64,000 nt of DNA from an uncultured Rhizobium sp. (lineage in GTDB: Bacteria; Pseudomonadota; Alphaproteobacteria; Rickettsiales; UBA1997). This document shows positions 20,206-31,457 of the stretch, piece after piece (the first letter of the stretch is position 1; every line of letters begins with the position of its first letter). The stretch covers positions 9,768 through 73,767 of the forward strand of contig CAZICL010000007.1 in assembly GCA_964537735.1 (NCBI GenBank). The letters run 5' to 3'. A program made the translations under genes and the position numbers. The notes under the pieces were generated by a model. It searched no databases and had not been told where the DNA came from. It saw only the letters and a program-made list of their open reading frames with translations.

Positions 20206-21597
20206 ATGTCAAAAATATCCTCAAACAAAATGTGGGGCGGAAGATTTGATGCTAAGCCGTCAGATTTGATGCAAGAAATCAATCAATCAATCACCTTCGA
20301 TAAAAGGCTCTACAAACAAGATATTCAAGGCTCTACAGCTCACGCCAAAATGCTTGCCCAGGTGGGAGTTTTAACTTCCGCTGAATCAAAAAAAATAATT
20401 ACTGGTCTAAAAAAGATCGAAAAAGAAATTGAGGATGGAAAGTTTAATTTCAAAATCGAGCTGGAAGATATTCACATGAATATTGAATCACGTCTTAAAG
20501 AGATTATCGGCGACACTGCCGGCAAGCTACATACTGCACGCTCACGCAATGATCAGGTGGCCGTTGATTTTCGTCTTTTTGTGCGTGATGAAATTGATCA
20601 GCTTCTGAAATTAATCGCTCTTTTGCAAAAAAATTTAGTCAAAAAAGCTGAGGAAAATTTCAGTGTTATCATGCCAGGATTCACTCATCTGCAAGTGGCA
20701 CAACCAGTTTTATTTTCGCATCATTTGCTGGCTTATTTCGAAATGTTCAAACGCGACAGCTCACGACTGCAAGATTTGCGCAATCGTCTCAATGAATGTC
20801 CTTTGGGTGCCTGCGCTTTAGCCGGAACATCTTTTCCTATTGATCGCAATTTTACTGCTAAAGAACTGGGCTTCGCACGACCAACTGCCAACTCAATGGA
20901 TTCAGTATCTGACCGTGATTTTGCCGTTGAGTATTTATTTTGTTTATCACTGATCGCCACTCATCTGTCGCGCTTCGCCGAAGAAATTGTGATTTGGATG
21001 AGTAAAGGTTTTGAATTTATCAAACTCTCCGATGCCTTTACTTCCGGCTCTTCCATCATGCCACAGAAAAAAAATCCTGATGCTGCTGAATTAATTCGCG
21101 GCAAATCTGGTCGAATTTTCGGCGCTGTTGTGTCACTTCTTACAACATTAAAAGGCCTTACTCTGACTTATTCCAAAGACATGCAAGAAGATAAAGAACC
21201 AGTTTTTGATGCCTCAGAAAATTCAAAATTATGTTTGCGCGCCATGGCAGCAATGGTTGCAGACATGAAAGTGAATAAAGAACAAATGTTTAAAATGGCC
21301 GGAAGTGGCTATTCTACTGCAACTGACTTGGCTGATTGGTTGGTAAAAAACTTAAAGATTCCTTTTCGCGATGCTCATCACGTCACTGGCACAATCGTGA
21401 AAATGGCTGAAAATAAAGGTTTGGCTCTACATGAATTAAAACTTTCTGAAATGCAAAAAGTTGAAAAAAGAATCAGCAATAAAATTTTTGAAGTGCTCAG
21501 CGTTGAAAACTCCGTTGCCAGCCGCACCAGTTTTGGCGGCACTTCACAGCTCAGAGTTAAAGAAGCAATTGCCCAAGCAAAAAAACATTTAAAATAA
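20206..21597 (+). CDS. argH: argininosuccinate lyase
   Basis: [26 protein letters not shown], signature [12 protein letters not shown]. Confidence 0.98.
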   Translation: MSKISSNKMWGGRFDAKPSDLMQEINQSITFDKRLYKQDIQGSTAHAKMLAQVGVLTSAESKKIITGLKKIEKEIEDGKFNFKIELEDIHMNIESRLKEIIGDTAGKLHTARSRNDQVAVDFRLFVRDEIDQLLKLIALLQKNLVKKAEENFSVIMPGFTHLQVAQPVLFSHHLLAYFEMFKRDSSRLQDLRNRLNECPLGACALAGTSFPIDRNFTAKELGFARPTANSMDSVSDRDFAVEYLFCLSLIATHLSRFAEEIVIWMSKGFEFIKLSDAFTSGSSIMPQKKNPDAAELIRGKSGRIFGAVVSLLTTLKGLTLTYSKDMQEDKEPVFDASENSKLCLRAMAAMVADMKVNKEQMFKMAGSGYSTATDLADWLVKNLKIPFRDAHHVTGTIVKMAENKGLALHELKLSEMQKVEKRISNKIFEVLSVENSVASRTSFGGTSQLRVKEAIAQAKKHLK

Positions 21598-21598
21598 A

Positions 21599-21739
21599 AT
21601 GAAAAAAATTTTCTGCCTGATTCTGATGTCATTATTAGCCCTCACCTCTTGCGGTAAGAAAGGCCCACTTACTTATCCCGAAGGTCAAGAACGCCCGAAG
21701 TTTGATAAGGTGACCGACGAAAAATATTCCGTAGATTAA
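21599..21739 (+). CDS. 46-aa LptM/YifL-like lipoprotein, absent from the ORF track
   Basis: Manual translation MKKIFCLILMSLLALTSCGKKGPLTYPEGQERPKFDKVTDEKYSVD*, with lipobox LTSC and the CG.KGPL..P motif. Confidence 0.85.
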   Translation: MKKIFCLILMSLLALTSCGKKGPLTYPEGQERPKFDKVTDEKYSVD

Positions 21740-22374
21740 GATGATCCCTCAACTTTTGAGATCATTTCTTTTACCTGCCTGATTGTCTCCACCTTCGATT
21801 TATTTGTGTTTACAACAAAATCAGCGGCTATTTTGCGATCTTTGTTGCTGAGCTGCCTTTTACAAATCTTCTCAAACTTTTTTTCCAGATTCTTTTTCTC
21901 GGCAGCAAAAACCGTAGGATGTTTTCTTTTGGCTCGTGCTAAAAAGCGTTTTTTACGAATTGATGGTGAAGCAATAACGGCAATAACTTTGTCGCAAGAA
22001 TAACTCTTACTCTCCAGCAACAGAGGAATATTTAAGAGCGCAATTTTCTGATTTTCTTGTTGTGCTTTTTGCAAAAATTTTTGACAGGCTTGCTGAATTT
22101 GTGGATGCAAAATTTTTTCTAAAATCCGCAATTTTTTTTCATCATTAAAAATGATTTTCCCCAAAGTCATACGATCGATCTTTTTAGAGAAAAAACATTC
22201 TGGAAAATTTTTCTGAATTGCTGTAATAGTTGATTTGTCTGACTCCATCAACTTGTGAACTTCTAAATCAGCATCAAAAATAACTGCACCATTCTGAGCA
22301 AAAATATCAGCGACAAAATTTTTCCCCGACGCAATTCCGCCAGAAAGTCCGATTATTTTCATTGTCGTAAACAT
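21736..22374 (-). CDS. coaE: dephospho-CoA kinase
   Basis: IGLSGGIASGK, FDAD, IDR..LG..IF, ILHP. Alternative start at 22362. Confidence 0.93.
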   Translation of the reverse strand: MFTTMKIIGLSGGIASGKNFVADIFAQNGAVIFDADLEVHKLMESDKSTITAIQKNFPECFFSKKIDRMTLGKIIFNDEKKLRILEKILHPQIQQACQKFLQKAQQENQKIALLNIPLLLESKSYSCDKVIAVIASPSIRKKRFLARAKRKHPTVFAAEKKNLEKKFEKICKRQLSNKDRKIAADFVVNTNKSKVETIRQVKEMISKVEGSS

Positions 22375-22403
22375 TAGGATTTACAGCGTCAAATCAACGA
22401 CTG

Positions 22404-23834
22404 TTAAACAAGTTCCGCAGGTATTGTCACACTGCAAAATTCTAGATGTTTTTTTAAATTACTTTTTAATTCTTCAAGCTCTTTTTTGGAACTTGCTTCA
22501 GCACGGGCAACCAATGCCGGCTGAGTGTTTGAGGCCCTGATCAACCACCAACCATTTTTCTCAGCAACACGAATTCCATCAACGTCACTAAAAATAATGC
22601 CACTTTTTTTCAATCCAGATTTTAGTTCTTCCACAATTTTGAATTTAGTTTCTTCGGTGCAATCAATACGAACTTCCGGTGTTGAGAAAGAGCTAGGCAT
22701 TGATCTGCGCATCAGTGATAAAGGCTCTTTGGAACAAGCAACAATATTAATAATACGAATTGCCGCATAAAGCGCGTCATCAAAGCCGTAATATTTATCG
22801 GCAAAGAAGATATGACCTGACATCTCGCCAGCCAAAGGTGCTTTGGTTTCTTTCATTTTAGCCTTCACCAATGAATGACCAGTTTTCCACATTAAAGGCT
22901 TACCACCGGCTTTGGCGATTTCTTTAAACAGAATGTCGCTGGCTTTAACATCGGCAATTATTGTGGCACCACGATGATTGCGCAAAATTTCACGAGCATA
23001 AAAAACCATCAACTGATCACCCCATAAAATTTCGCCTTTATTATCCATAACGCCAATGCGGTCGCCATCACCATCGAAGGCAATACCAAGATCACATTGT
23101 TGTTCGATTACCACTTTTTTCAAAGCTGCGAGATTTTTAGGAACGGTCGGATCAGGATGATGATTGGGAAAATTACCATCAATTTCGCTGTAGAGCAAAA
23201 TATGTTCGGAAGCAATACGTTCAGATAAACGGATCATAATGTCGCCTGCTGCACCATTTCCGGCATCCCAAGCAATACGTAATTCTTTTTTCGGTTTGAA
23301 ATCATCAATTTCATCAAGCAGAGGACTGTCGCTTTGCGCCAAAATGCAATCGGATAAAATACGATCAACATAATCTTCTTTAATATCGGCTTTTTTTAGA
23401 CTGCCTTTAGCATCAATAAAATCACCAGCCGCAGCCAATTCTGCCAAACCCACAATATCATCACCATAGAATGGTCGCTCTTTGAGCATGATTTTAAAAC
23501 CATTGTGATCTTTAGGATTATGTGATCCGGTCACCATAATTCCGGCGTCCTGATTGAGGTGATAAACCGAATAATAAAGCATCGGAGTTGGTCCCAAACC
23601 AACATCAACCACTTCCAAACCTGATTCTAGCAAAGCTTTAACTAGTTGTTCTTTCAAAGCTGGAGAGCTTAAACGCCCATCACAACACACAGAGATTTTT
23701 TTCTTGTTATTTTTATGCAAAAAAGAAGCGAAAGATTTGCCGACAAAAAAGGCATCAACGTCATTCAAAGTTTGACCATAAATACCGCGAATATCGTAAG
23801 CGCGAATAATTGAAGAATGAAAGATGTGAGACAT
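22404..23834 (-). CDS. phosphomannomutase/phosphoglucomutase
   Basis: RAYDIRG, TGSHNP, FDGDGDR, GEMSGH, RASNTQP. Confidence 0.95.
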   Translation of the reverse strand: MSHIFHSSIIRAYDIRGIYGQTLNDVDAFFVGKSFASFLHKNNKKKISVCCDGRLSSPALKEQLVKALLESGLEVVDVGLGPTPMLYYSVYHLNQDAGIMVTGSHNPKDHNGFKIMLKERPFYGDDIVGLAELAAAGDFIDAKGSLKKADIKEDYVDRILSDCILAQSDSPLLDEIDDFKPKKELRIAWDAGNGAAGDIMIRLSERIASEHILLYSEIDGNFPNHHPDPTVPKNLAALKKVVIEQQCDLGIAFDGDGDRIGVMDNKGEILWGDQLMVFYAREILRNHRGATIIADVKASDILFKEIAKAGGKPLMWKTGHSLVKAKMKETKAPLAGEMSGHIFFADKYYGFDDALYAAIRIINIVACSKEPLSLMRRSMPSSFSTPEVRIDCTEETKFKIVEELKSGLKKSGIIFSDVDGIRVAEKNGWWLIRASNTQPALVARAEASSKKELEELKSNLKKHLEFCSVTIPAELV

Positions 23835-23835
23835 T

Positions 23836-24612
23836 TTAATTTATTTTTCCTGTTGTTGGACTTGAAGCCGAGGCGAATTTCTTTTTATCCATACGTCCGG
23901 CCAAATAAGCAATGCGTCCGGCTTCAATTGCCAGATTCATTGCTCTTGCCATCAGAATCGGATTTTTAGCTTTAGCAATTGCTGTATTCATTAACACGCC
24001 ATCACAACCAAGTTCCATTGCAATTGCTGCGTCAGAAGCTGTACCAACTCCGGCATCAACCAAAACCGGAACTTTGGATTGCTCAACAATAAATTCAATA
24101 TTGAGACGATTTTGAATACCCAAACCAGAACCAATCGGAGCAGCTAATGGCATGATGGCACAACAGCCAATATCTTCTAATTCTTTAGCCACAATCGGAT
24201 CATCGGAAGTGTAAACCATCACATCAAAACCATCTTTTATCAGCATTTGTGCAGCCTTAATGGTTTCAACAACTTTCGGGTAAAGAGTTTTTTCATCAGC
24301 CAAAACTTCCAATTTCACTAAGTTCCAGCCACCAGCCACACGGGCTAAACGCAAAGTTCGCACTGCTTCTTCAGCACTAAAACAACCGGCAGTGTTAGGT
24401 AAATAAGTGTATTTTTTAGGGTCGAGAAAATCTTGCAACATGGGCTCGCCTTTCTTCTCAATATTGACGCGACGCACTGCCACAGTAACAATTTCAGCAC
24501 CACTCGCTGCAATCGCGGCAGCGGTTTCTTGAAAATCTTTATATTTTCCAGTTCCCACCAAAAGTCGGGAAGAAAATTTTTGACCGGCAATGGTAAGAAA
24601 ATCTGAGTTCAT
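23836..24612 (-). CDS. thiG: thiazole synthase
   Basis: [41 protein letters not shown]. Confidence 0.97.
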   Translation of the reverse strand: MNSDFLTIAGQKFSSRLLVGTGKYKDFQETAAAIAASGAEIVTVAVRRVNIEKKGEPMLQDFLDPKKYTYLPNTAGCFSAEEAVRTLRLARVAGGWNLVKLEVLADEKTLYPKVVETIKAAQMLIKDGFDVMVYTSDDPIVAKELEDIGCCAIMPLAAPIGSGLGIQNRLNIEFIVEQSKVPVLVDAGVGTASDAAIAMELGCDGVLMNTAIAKAKNPILMARAMNLAIEAGRIAYLAGRMDKKKFASASSPTTGKIN

Positions 24613-24644
24613 TTTTATTGTTGATGAGATTACACCGATAAATT

Positions 24645-25403
24645 TTAGAACTTTTCGTAAAAAGCCGTAACCAAAAATAATAGGAAAGGTGCGGCAAGCA
24701 TCAAACCGTCAAGGCGATCAAGAATGCCTCCATGTCCCGGGATTATATCACCAGAATCCTTAACACCAAAAATTCTTTTGAATTTTGATTCAAGCAAATC
24801 GCCGCCTTGTGCAACCAAAGCCAAAATTGCGCTGAAAAATACAAAAAATAGCACGCCACCATTAAACATGAATGAGCTGAGAAAACCGATAATCATGCTA
24901 GCAAAAATACCGCCCAAAAGACCAGTCCATGTTTTATTTGGGCTAATCATTGGCGCTAGTTTTGGTCCGCCAAAAGTTTTTCCAGCAAAAAAAGCAAAAA
25001 TGTCCGTTGCCCAAATCACTGCAAACATCCACAACAAAATGTTGCTGTCCTGCATTCTCAATCTAAGTACGCAATACATAGGAATTGCAATGTAAGCTAA
25101 ACCAATCAAACGCCATTTTTTTTGGTCATCGGCCTTTTTGATTAACTCCATCCACTCGGAAGTCATCAAAATTGTGATTATGATTGCTAAGAAAAAAAAC
25201 AGACCTTCTGAAAAGCAAATGGCATAAATCGCAAATGGCACAAGAATTATAGCACTTATAATTCTTTTTTTTGTGTTGTCCGACAGATCAGCTTTACCAA
25301 TCGCATCAGTAATTCTTGTGAGTGTTTTATTGACCAAGGATACCACCGAATTCAAAATATTTTTTGCGAATTCCACATGTTTATCAACATTACCTTTTGC
25401 CAT
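24645..25403 (-). CDS. cdsA: phosphatidate cytidylyltransferase with N-terminal extension
   Basis: [44 protein letters not shown]. Likely start ATG 25403. Confidence 0.93.
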   Translation of the reverse strand: MAKGNVDKHVEFAKNILNSVVSLVNKTLTRITDAIGKADLSDNTKKRIISAIILVPFAIYAICFSEGLFFFLAIIITILMTSEWMELIKKADDQKKWRLIGLAYIAIPMYCVLRLRMQDSNILLWMFAVIWATDIFAFFAGKTFGGPKLAPMISPNKTWTGLLGGIFASMIIGFLSSFMFNGGVLFFVFFSAILALVAQGGDLLESKFKRIFGVKDSGDIIPGHGGILDRLDGLMLAAPFLLFLVTAFYEKF

Positions 25404-26118
25404 ATTTTCTCTCTCTTTTGTTGAAATCATTAATTGCCTGTAACAAATGCTGCTTGGAAAAATCTGGCCAAAAAACTTCGGTAAAATAAAGTTCGGCATA
25501 AGCAGCTTGCCACAGTAAGAAATTGCTCAATCTATAATCACCAGCTGTTCTGATTAATAAATCAGGATCTGGAATTTGTGGTTGATACAAATTTTTAGCG
25601 AAGAATTCTTCGTCAATTTGGTTTAAGCTAATTTTGCCCTCACTAACTGCAAGGCTTATCTTCCTTGTTGCATCAACAATCTCTTGCCTTGAGCCATAGC
25701 TGAAAGCAACATTTAAAGTTAACGCCTGATTATTTTGAGTTAGATTTTCCAAAGCGCTGATTTTGTCTTTGGTTTGTTGTGGCAATTTTTCAATATTTCC
25801 CGAAATCACAATCCGTACATCTTGTTCAATCAACGGCTTGGTTTCTTTTTCCAAATATTCGTCCAATAGCTTCATTAGATAGTCGACTTCATCTTGCGGA
25901 CGCTTCCAATTTTCTGACGAGAAAGCATAAATTGTGAGATTTTTTACTCCCATTTTGATGCAGCTTTCGGCAATTTTACGGACATTTTCCGAACCAATTT
26001 TGTGACCAATCGACAGCGGCAAACCCTTTGATTTGGCCCAACGTGCATTACCATCCATTATGATGGCAATGTGGACTGGGATTTTTTGTGGAAAGGAGAT
26101 TTTTTTTCGGAAGAACAT
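25390..26118 (-). CDS. uppS: undecaprenyl diphosphate synthase
   Basis: IIMDGNARW, YAFSSENWKRP, DLLIRT, RLSNFLLWQ. Confidence 0.97.
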   Translation of the reverse strand: MFFRKKISFPQKIPVHIAIIMDGNARWAKSKGLPLSIGHKIGSENVRKIAESCIKMGVKNLTIYAFSSENWKRPQDEVDYLMKLLDEYLEKETKPLIEQDVRIVISGNIEKLPQQTKDKISALENLTQNNQALTLNVAFSYGSRQEIVDATRKISLAVSEGKISLNQIDEEFFAKNLYQPQIPDPDLLIRTAGDYRLSNFLLWQAAYAELYFTEVFWPDFSKQHLLQAINDFNKRERKYGKR

Positions 26119-26216
26119 TTGTTAATTAGGGTGATATCTAATCCTACAGGGGTCTGCCCCCTTGACTATCAGCAAAATGGTCCAACACCAAAAAGGCATC
26201 AGACCCAATCACACTT

Positions 26217-26774
26217 TTAAACTTTCATTAATTCTTTTTCTTTTACCGCGACTACATCATCAACTTTTTTAACAAATTCGTCAGTAATTTTTTGTACCGC
26301 TTCTGTGCAGGAGTGGATTTGATCTTTGGAAGCAGCAAGTTCTTTTTCACGTCTTTTGAACTCATCTAACACATCGCGACGAATATTACGCAAAGCAACT
26401 TTTTTATCTTCACCATATTTTTTTGCCAATTTTGCCAATTCTTTGCGGCGCTCTTCACTTAATTTTGGAACAATGACTCTAATCACCATACCATCAACCA
26501 ATGGATTAAAACCAAGGTTGGAATTAGTGATGGCTTTTTCAACTGCTTTTACATTGCTGCGATCCCAAACTTGAATTGCCAAGGTGGTGGCTTCAGGAAC
26601 CGAAACGCTAGCTAATTGTGCGATTGGCATCATCTGTCCGTAAACGTCAACCCGAACCGAATCTAGCAAGTTAGGTGTGGCACGCCCAGTTGAAATTGAA
26701 TCCATGTCACGTTTCAATGACAACATTGTTTCTTCCATTTTCGCACGTGATTTGTCGGTAAATTCAGTGATCAT
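26217..26774 (-). CDS. frr: ribosome recycling factor
   Basis: TGRATP.LLD, YG...P, P.LSEERRKEL, RNIRR; position in the rpsB-tsf-pyrH-frr cluster. Confidence 0.97.
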   Translation of the reverse strand: MITEFTDKSRAKMEETMLSLKRDMDSISTGRATPNLLDSVRVDVYGQMMPIAQLASVSVPEATTLAIQVWDRSNVKAVEKAITNSNLGFNPLVDGMVIRVIVPKLSEERRKELAKLAKKYGEDKKVALRNIRRDVLDEFKRREKELAASKDQIHSCTEAVQKITDEFVKKVDDVVAVKEKELMKV

Positions 26775-26809
26775 TTTTTAGAAAATTAAGTTAATAGTTA
26801 GCACTAAAA

Positions 26810-27520
26810 TTAGTTAATAATTGTAAATTTTCCTTTGCCCCGCACTACATCACACAGAGCGTTCTCACCTTTAATCGAGAAAACCACTATGGGCAATTTA
26901 TTATCTTTGGCTAAAGTAATGGCAGTTTGATCCATAACCCTTAAATCTTGTTTCAAAACATCAATATAACGTAGTGATTCATAGCGGGTTGCTGTTTTAT
27001 CAAGCTTAGGATCAGCAGTATAAACTCCGTCAACTTGCGTACCTTTTAGAATCACATCACATTTAACTTCAATAGCACGCAACACTGCAGCAGTATCCGT
27101 TGTAAAGAAAGGATTTCCGGTTCCAGCAGCAAAAATTACAATGCGGTTTTTTTCTAAATGACGTGAGGCTTTGCGTTTGATGTAAGGCTCACAAATACTG
27201 TCCATGCGGATGGCCGATTGCATACGAGTTGCAAGACCGCGTTTTTCCAAAGCATCTTGCAATGCCAGACCATTAATGCAGGTGGCAAGCATGCCCATGT
27301 AATCGGCGCTGGCACGCTCCATTCCTGAGGCTGATACGCCACGGAAGATATTACCGCCACCAACAACTAGGGCAATTTCGCAACCTAACTCGTGCGCGGC
27401 AACAATTTGATCACAAATTCTTTTAATTGCTTCTGCATCATGCCCAAAACCTTTATCTCCCATCATTGCTTCTCCGGAGACTTTGAAGAGAATACGTTTG
27501 AATTTGAGATCTGATGGCAT
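26810..27520 (-). CDS. pyrH: uridylate kinase
   Basis: [30 protein letters not shown]. Likely start ATG 27520. Confidence 0.97.
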   Translation of the reverse strand: MPSDLKFKRILFKVSGEAMMGDKGFGHDAEAIKRICDQIVAAHELGCEIALVVGGGNIFRGVSASGMERASADYMGMLATCINGLALQDALEKRGLATRMQSAIRMDSICEPYIKRKASRHLEKNRIVIFAAGTGNPFFTTDTAAVLRAIEVKCDVILKGTQVDGVYTADPKLDKTATRYESLRYIDVLKQDLRVMDQTAITLAKDNKLPIVVFSIKGENALCDVVRGKGKFTIIN

Positions 27521-27694
27521 GGAACTAGGGGATAAAATTTTACTTGAATTAGCGTTACAACAGTAGCTCTTCGAGCAAAAATTTTGCATTATGCTGGAAC
27601 AGAAGAAAATTTCTTCACCCCAAAAATAACACTGTATCTTGCTCAAAGAACTAGCACTATCTGAACAAAAGCTACTACTTCATTAACTCAAAAA

Positions 27695-28609
27695 CTATTT
27701 TGTCATTGAGGCAACTTCTGCGGCGAAGTCGTTTTCTTTCTTTTCGATTCCTTCACCTAAGATGAAAAGTTTGAAAGCGGAAAGTTTGGTTTCACCATTT
27801 TCTTTAGAGAAATTAGCAATCAAATCTTTGATTTTAACTTTATCATCCATCACAAAAAGCTGTTCCAAAAGAACCACTTCTTCGTAATATTTTCTGATTC
27901 TGCCTTCGATCATTTTGTCGATGATGCTCTCAGGCTTACCAGAAGCACGGGCTTGTTCTTTCAAAACTTCAACTTCTCTTTGCAATTTTGCCGGCTCAAC
28001 TGACTCAATTGAAAGAGAATCAGGCTTGGCAGCAGCAATATGCATTGCCACTTGTTTACCAACTTCTTCCAATTTTGCGTGATCAGCTTGCGATTCAAAA
28101 GCCACCAATACAGCAATTTTACCAATATTTGGAGCAGTTGCATTGTGAACATAACTTACAATCAAGCCTTGAGAAACTTCTAAATTAGCAATGCGACGAA
28201 TGTTAATATTTTCACCGATTACTCCAATTTGGTTTTTTAATTCTTCATCAACCGAGTGAGCAGCGGCAGGGAATTGTTGTGATTTTAACTTTTCAACATC
28301 ATCACCACAACCAAGAGCTTGTTGTGCAATAGAGGTTACGAAGTCTTGGAATTTTTGGTTACGTGCTACGAAGTCAGTTTCAGAATTCACTTCAACGATT
28401 GCCGCTTTATTACCCACAACAGCAACTGCAACAGCACCTTCAGAAGTGATGCGTCCAGATTTTTTTACTGCCGCTGAAAGACCTTTTTTACGTAGCCAAT
28501 CAACTGACTTTTCAAAATCATCACCATTTTCAGCTAATGCTTTGTTGCAATCTGCGATGCCACATCCAGTGGTTTCGCGAAGTTTTTTAATTAATGCTAG
28601 ATCTGCCAT
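27695..28609 (-). CDS. tsf: elongation factor Ts
   Basis: LRETTG.G..DC.KAL, EVNSETDFVA, AMHIAA. Confidence 0.98.
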   Translation of the reverse strand: MADLALIKKLRETTGCGIADCNKALAENGDDFEKSVDWLRKKGLSAAVKKSGRITSEGAVAVAVVGNKAAIVEVNSETDFVARNQKFQDFVTSIAQQALGCGDDVEKLKSQQFPAAAHSVDEELKNQIGVIGENINIRRIANLEVSQGLIVSYVHNATAPNIGKIAVLVAFESQADHAKLEEVGKQVAMHIAAAKPDSLSIESVEPAKLQREVEVLKEQARASGKPESIIDKMIEGRIRKYYEEVVLLEQLFVMDDKVKIKDLIANFSKENGETKLSAFKLFILGEGIEKKENDFAAEVASMTK

Positions 28610-28704
28610 TTTTTTACCTAAAGATTTGAATTAATTTGCAAAAAAGTGGTAAACCGTAAGCGTAGTCCAATCTGACTTACCATTTACAGCTTACCACTTC
28701 TATT

Positions 28705-29664
28705 TTATTTCGTTGCCGCTGGTTTTTTAGCGGCTGGTTTCTTTGCTGCCGGTTTTTTGTCGTCTTTTTTAGCAACAGGTTTTTTATCTGTTTTTTCTCC
28801 TTTATCCGCATCTTTGCCTGATTTTACTTCTTTTTTACCTCTGAAGTCTCTTCTGTCTTTCACGTCTCTTTCATCTTTTTTGTCAGATTTTGCAGCGATT
28901 GAAGTTTTGTACTGAGCAATTTCTTCGCCAGTTTCAAACTTGCTGATATCAACGCCAGAAATTGCCATATTTTCTTTTACACCAGCGATTGCTGCATCAG
29001 AAAGTAAACGACAATAAAGTTTAATTGCTTTGGCCGAATCGTCATTTCCTGGAATTGGGAAAGTGATGCCATCTGGATTACAGTTAGAATCAAGAATCGC
29101 CATGATTGGAACGCCAAGTTTTTTGGCTTCTGCAATTGCCAATGATTCTTTGTAAGTATCAATAACAAAAACCAAATCCGGAGAGCCACCCATATTTTTG
29201 ATGCCACCAAGTGATTGTTCTAGCTTTAATCTTTGTCTTTCAAGAACAAGTCGCTCTTTTTTCTTGTAATCAACTTCCTTATCAGCGAGTTGTTCTTCAA
29301 TTTTTTTCAAAGTTTTGATTGATTGAGAAACAGTTTTCCAGTTAGTCAACATGCCACCTAACCAACGGAAGTTAACGTAATATTGGCCACATCTTTTGGC
29401 AGCTTCAGCGATCGGATCACAACCTTGTTTTTTAGTAGAAACGAAAAGGATACGACCATTGTTTTTAGCAATGTCTTTCACCGTAATCATTGCTTTGTGA
29501 AGCAAATTGGCAGTTTTGTTAAGATCGATAATGCTTACACCATTGCGGCTGGTGTGAATATATTTTGTCATTTTCGGATTGCGACGCATAGTCTTGTGAC
29601 CGAAGTGAACACCAGATTCAAGAAGCTGTTTAATGGTAAAAGTAGGAAGTTCTATTTTGGACAT
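28705..29664 (-). CDS. rpsB: 30S ribosomal protein S2 with Lys/Ala/Pro-rich tail
   Basis: GVHFGH, RWLGGMLTN, DSNCNP, PGNDD; tail KKPAAKKPAAKKPAATK. Confidence 0.98.
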   Translation of the reverse strand: MSKIELPTFTIKQLLESGVHFGHKTMRRNPKMTKYIHTSRNGVSIIDLNKTANLLHKAMITVKDIAKNNGRILFVSTKKQGCDPIAEAAKRCGQYYVNFRWLGGMLTNWKTVSQSIKTLKKIEEQLADKEVDYKKKERLVLERQRLKLEQSLGGIKNMGGSPDLVFVIDTYKESLAIAEAKKLGVPIMAILDSNCNPDGITFPIPGNDDSAKAIKLYCRLLSDAAIAGVKENMAISGVDISKFETGEEIAQYKTSIAAKSDKKDERDVKDRRDFRGKKEVKSGKDADKGEKTDKKPVAKKDDKKPAAKKPAAKKPAATK

Positions 29665-29831
29665 TTTTAAATTAATTTTGGTTAATTAAGCAAAGACAGC
29701 AAAAATCTTCGGCCATTAAAAAGAACCGATAGACACCAAAATTGCTGAATTTGTAAGGATTAATGCTTGAAGAAAATCAAGCGGGTGAGCTTTTTAGAGA
29801 TTGCCGCTTTAGATTGCAAGGCAGGAAATTT

Positions 29832-29859
29832 TTGATTTTAGATTTTAGATTCTTGGTTT
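29832..29859 (-). repeat. heptamer array in the rpsB/hisA divergent spacer
   Basis: TTGATTT TAGATTT TAGATTC TTGGTTT on the + strand. Confidence 0.6.
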
Positions 29860-29908
29860 TAAATTGATCACACCGCAAATCCCAAACCTAAAATAAAAAA
29901 TTGAAATA

Positions 29909-30625
29909 ATGATCATCTTCCCCGCCATCGACCTTAAAGCTGGCCAATGCGTTCGCCTTTTCAAAGGCGACATGAAACAAGCAACAATCTTTAATAACAA
30001 TCCAGCAGCACAGGCTGTAGAATTTGAAGATGCCGGTTTCAAATTTTTACACATTGTTGATTTGGATGGAGCAATTGCCGGAACTACGGCCAATGAAAAT
30101 TCGGTACGTGAAATTCTAAAAGCAGTAAAAATTCCCACTCAACTTGGTGGTGGAATTCGCTCAATTACAACAATTGAGAAATGGTTAGATCTGGGAATCA
30201 GTCGTGTCATTCTTGGCACTGTCGCTGCCAAAAATCCTCAGCTGGTTAAAGATGCCTGTAAAAAATTTCCCGGAAAAATCGTCGTTGGAATTGACGCTAA
30301 AAACGGATTTGTAGCAACTGAGGGCTGGGTTGAAACTTCTGAAATTACTGCTTTAGAACTAGCTAAAAAGTTTGAAGATTGCGGCGTCAGCGCAATTATT
30401 TACACCGATATTTCACGCGACGGAACATTGACGGGAGCTGATTTAACCGGCACAAAAAATTTGGCACAAAACTTGAAAATTCCCGTTATTGCCTCAGGAG
30501 GAATTGGTAATTTAGAAGATGTTTTGAAAGTAAAAGAACTAGAACAATTCGGCGTAATTGGGGCCATTGTTGGCCGCGCACTTTACGACAAAAAAATTGC
30601 AGCAGCTGAGCTGGTAAAATTGTAA
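29909..30625 (+). CDS. hisA: ProFAR isomerase
   Basis: IFPAIDL..G.CVRL..G, HIVDLDGA, GGGIR, YTDISRDG, ASGG. Confidence 0.97.
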   Translation: MIIFPAIDLKAGQCVRLFKGDMKQATIFNNNPAAQAVEFEDAGFKFLHIVDLDGAIAGTTANENSVREILKAVKIPTQLGGGIRSITTIEKWLDLGISRVILGTVAAKNPQLVKDACKKFPGKIVVGIDAKNGFVATEGWVETSEITALELAKKFEDCGVSAIIYTDISRDGTLTGADLTGTKNLAQNLKIPVIASGGIGNLEDVLKVKELEQFGVIGAIVGRALYDKKIAAAELVKL

Positions 30626-30627
30626 AA

Positions 30628-31395
30628 ATGTCAAAAAATCACATTAACACTCACGACTCCGCGGGTTTAACTGTTTTGATCCGCACTGTTTTAAAAAATG
30701 ATCTGGTTTTTCTTAAAAAAATTCTCGAAGCCGAAGCCAATCCAAATTTGTGCGACAAATATGGCAACTCACCACTAATTTTTGCCGCCTTAAATGACCG
30801 ATGGGAAGCAAGCCTATTGCTTATTGATGCTGGCGCTGATCCTAATTTACGCGATGATCTGGGTAATTCTCCTCTGATTTGGGCAGTTCGTAAAAATAAA
30901 TTTGCCGTAACACAAGCTTTGCTTGAGGGTGGTAGTAAAATTAACCTGTCCAACCGCGAACGAAAAACCGCTTTGTTTTTTGCTACTGAAAATGGCTGTG
31001 AGGAAATGGTTGATTTTCTCATCGAAAATGGCGCCAAAATAGACGTTAAAACCAGTAATCATAAAGAAATAATTTCCACTCTTTCTCCAATAACTTGCGC
31101 CAAAGACCACAGTATTAATGTGGAAGAAATACCCAAAACTACCGAAATAAAATATTGGAATATTCTTACCAAATTGACTTTGCAGGAGCTGAAAGAGAAA
31201 GATCAAAAAACAAAGCAACAACGTCCCGCAACTGCCAAAGAATCAAATCAACCACAAAGCACCGAACTAACAAAAAAATATTCCTTACCGCATTTATTTA
31301 ACCACACCACAGAAAGACCAAACACCGCAACAAGAAAACAATCATTCAGTAAATTTAAAACCCTTTCCCCGAACGTTCGCAGCGGTGAAAAATAA
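30628..31395 (+). CDS. ankyrin-repeat protein
   Basis: GNSPLIFAA, GADPN...GNSPLIWAV, RKTALFFATENG...FLIENGA; low-complexity C-terminal tail. Confidence 0.92.
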   Translation: MSKNHINTHDSAGLTVLIRTVLKNDLVFLKKILEAEANPNLCDKYGNSPLIFAALNDRWEASLLLIDAGADPNLRDDLGNSPLIWAVRKNKFAVTQALLEGGSKINLSNRERKTALFFATENGCEEMVDFLIENGAKIDVKTSNHKEIISTLSPITCAKDHSINVEEIPKTTEIKYWNILTKLTLQELKEKDQKTKQQRPATAKESNQPQSTELTKKYSLPHLFNHTTERPNTATRKQSFSKFKTLSPNVRSGEK

Positions 31396-31457
31396 GGCTG
31401 GTTCTGCGTAAATCATAACTTTTGCTGCGTATTTGCGGCAATTAATTTTTGCCTTAC

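Noticed and set aside
28644-28699. Hairpin AAGTGGTAA/TTACCACTT between rpsB and tsf as a new ncRNA
   Set aside because: An rpsB-tsf intercistronic stem is ordinary, and only 9 bp pair perfectly.
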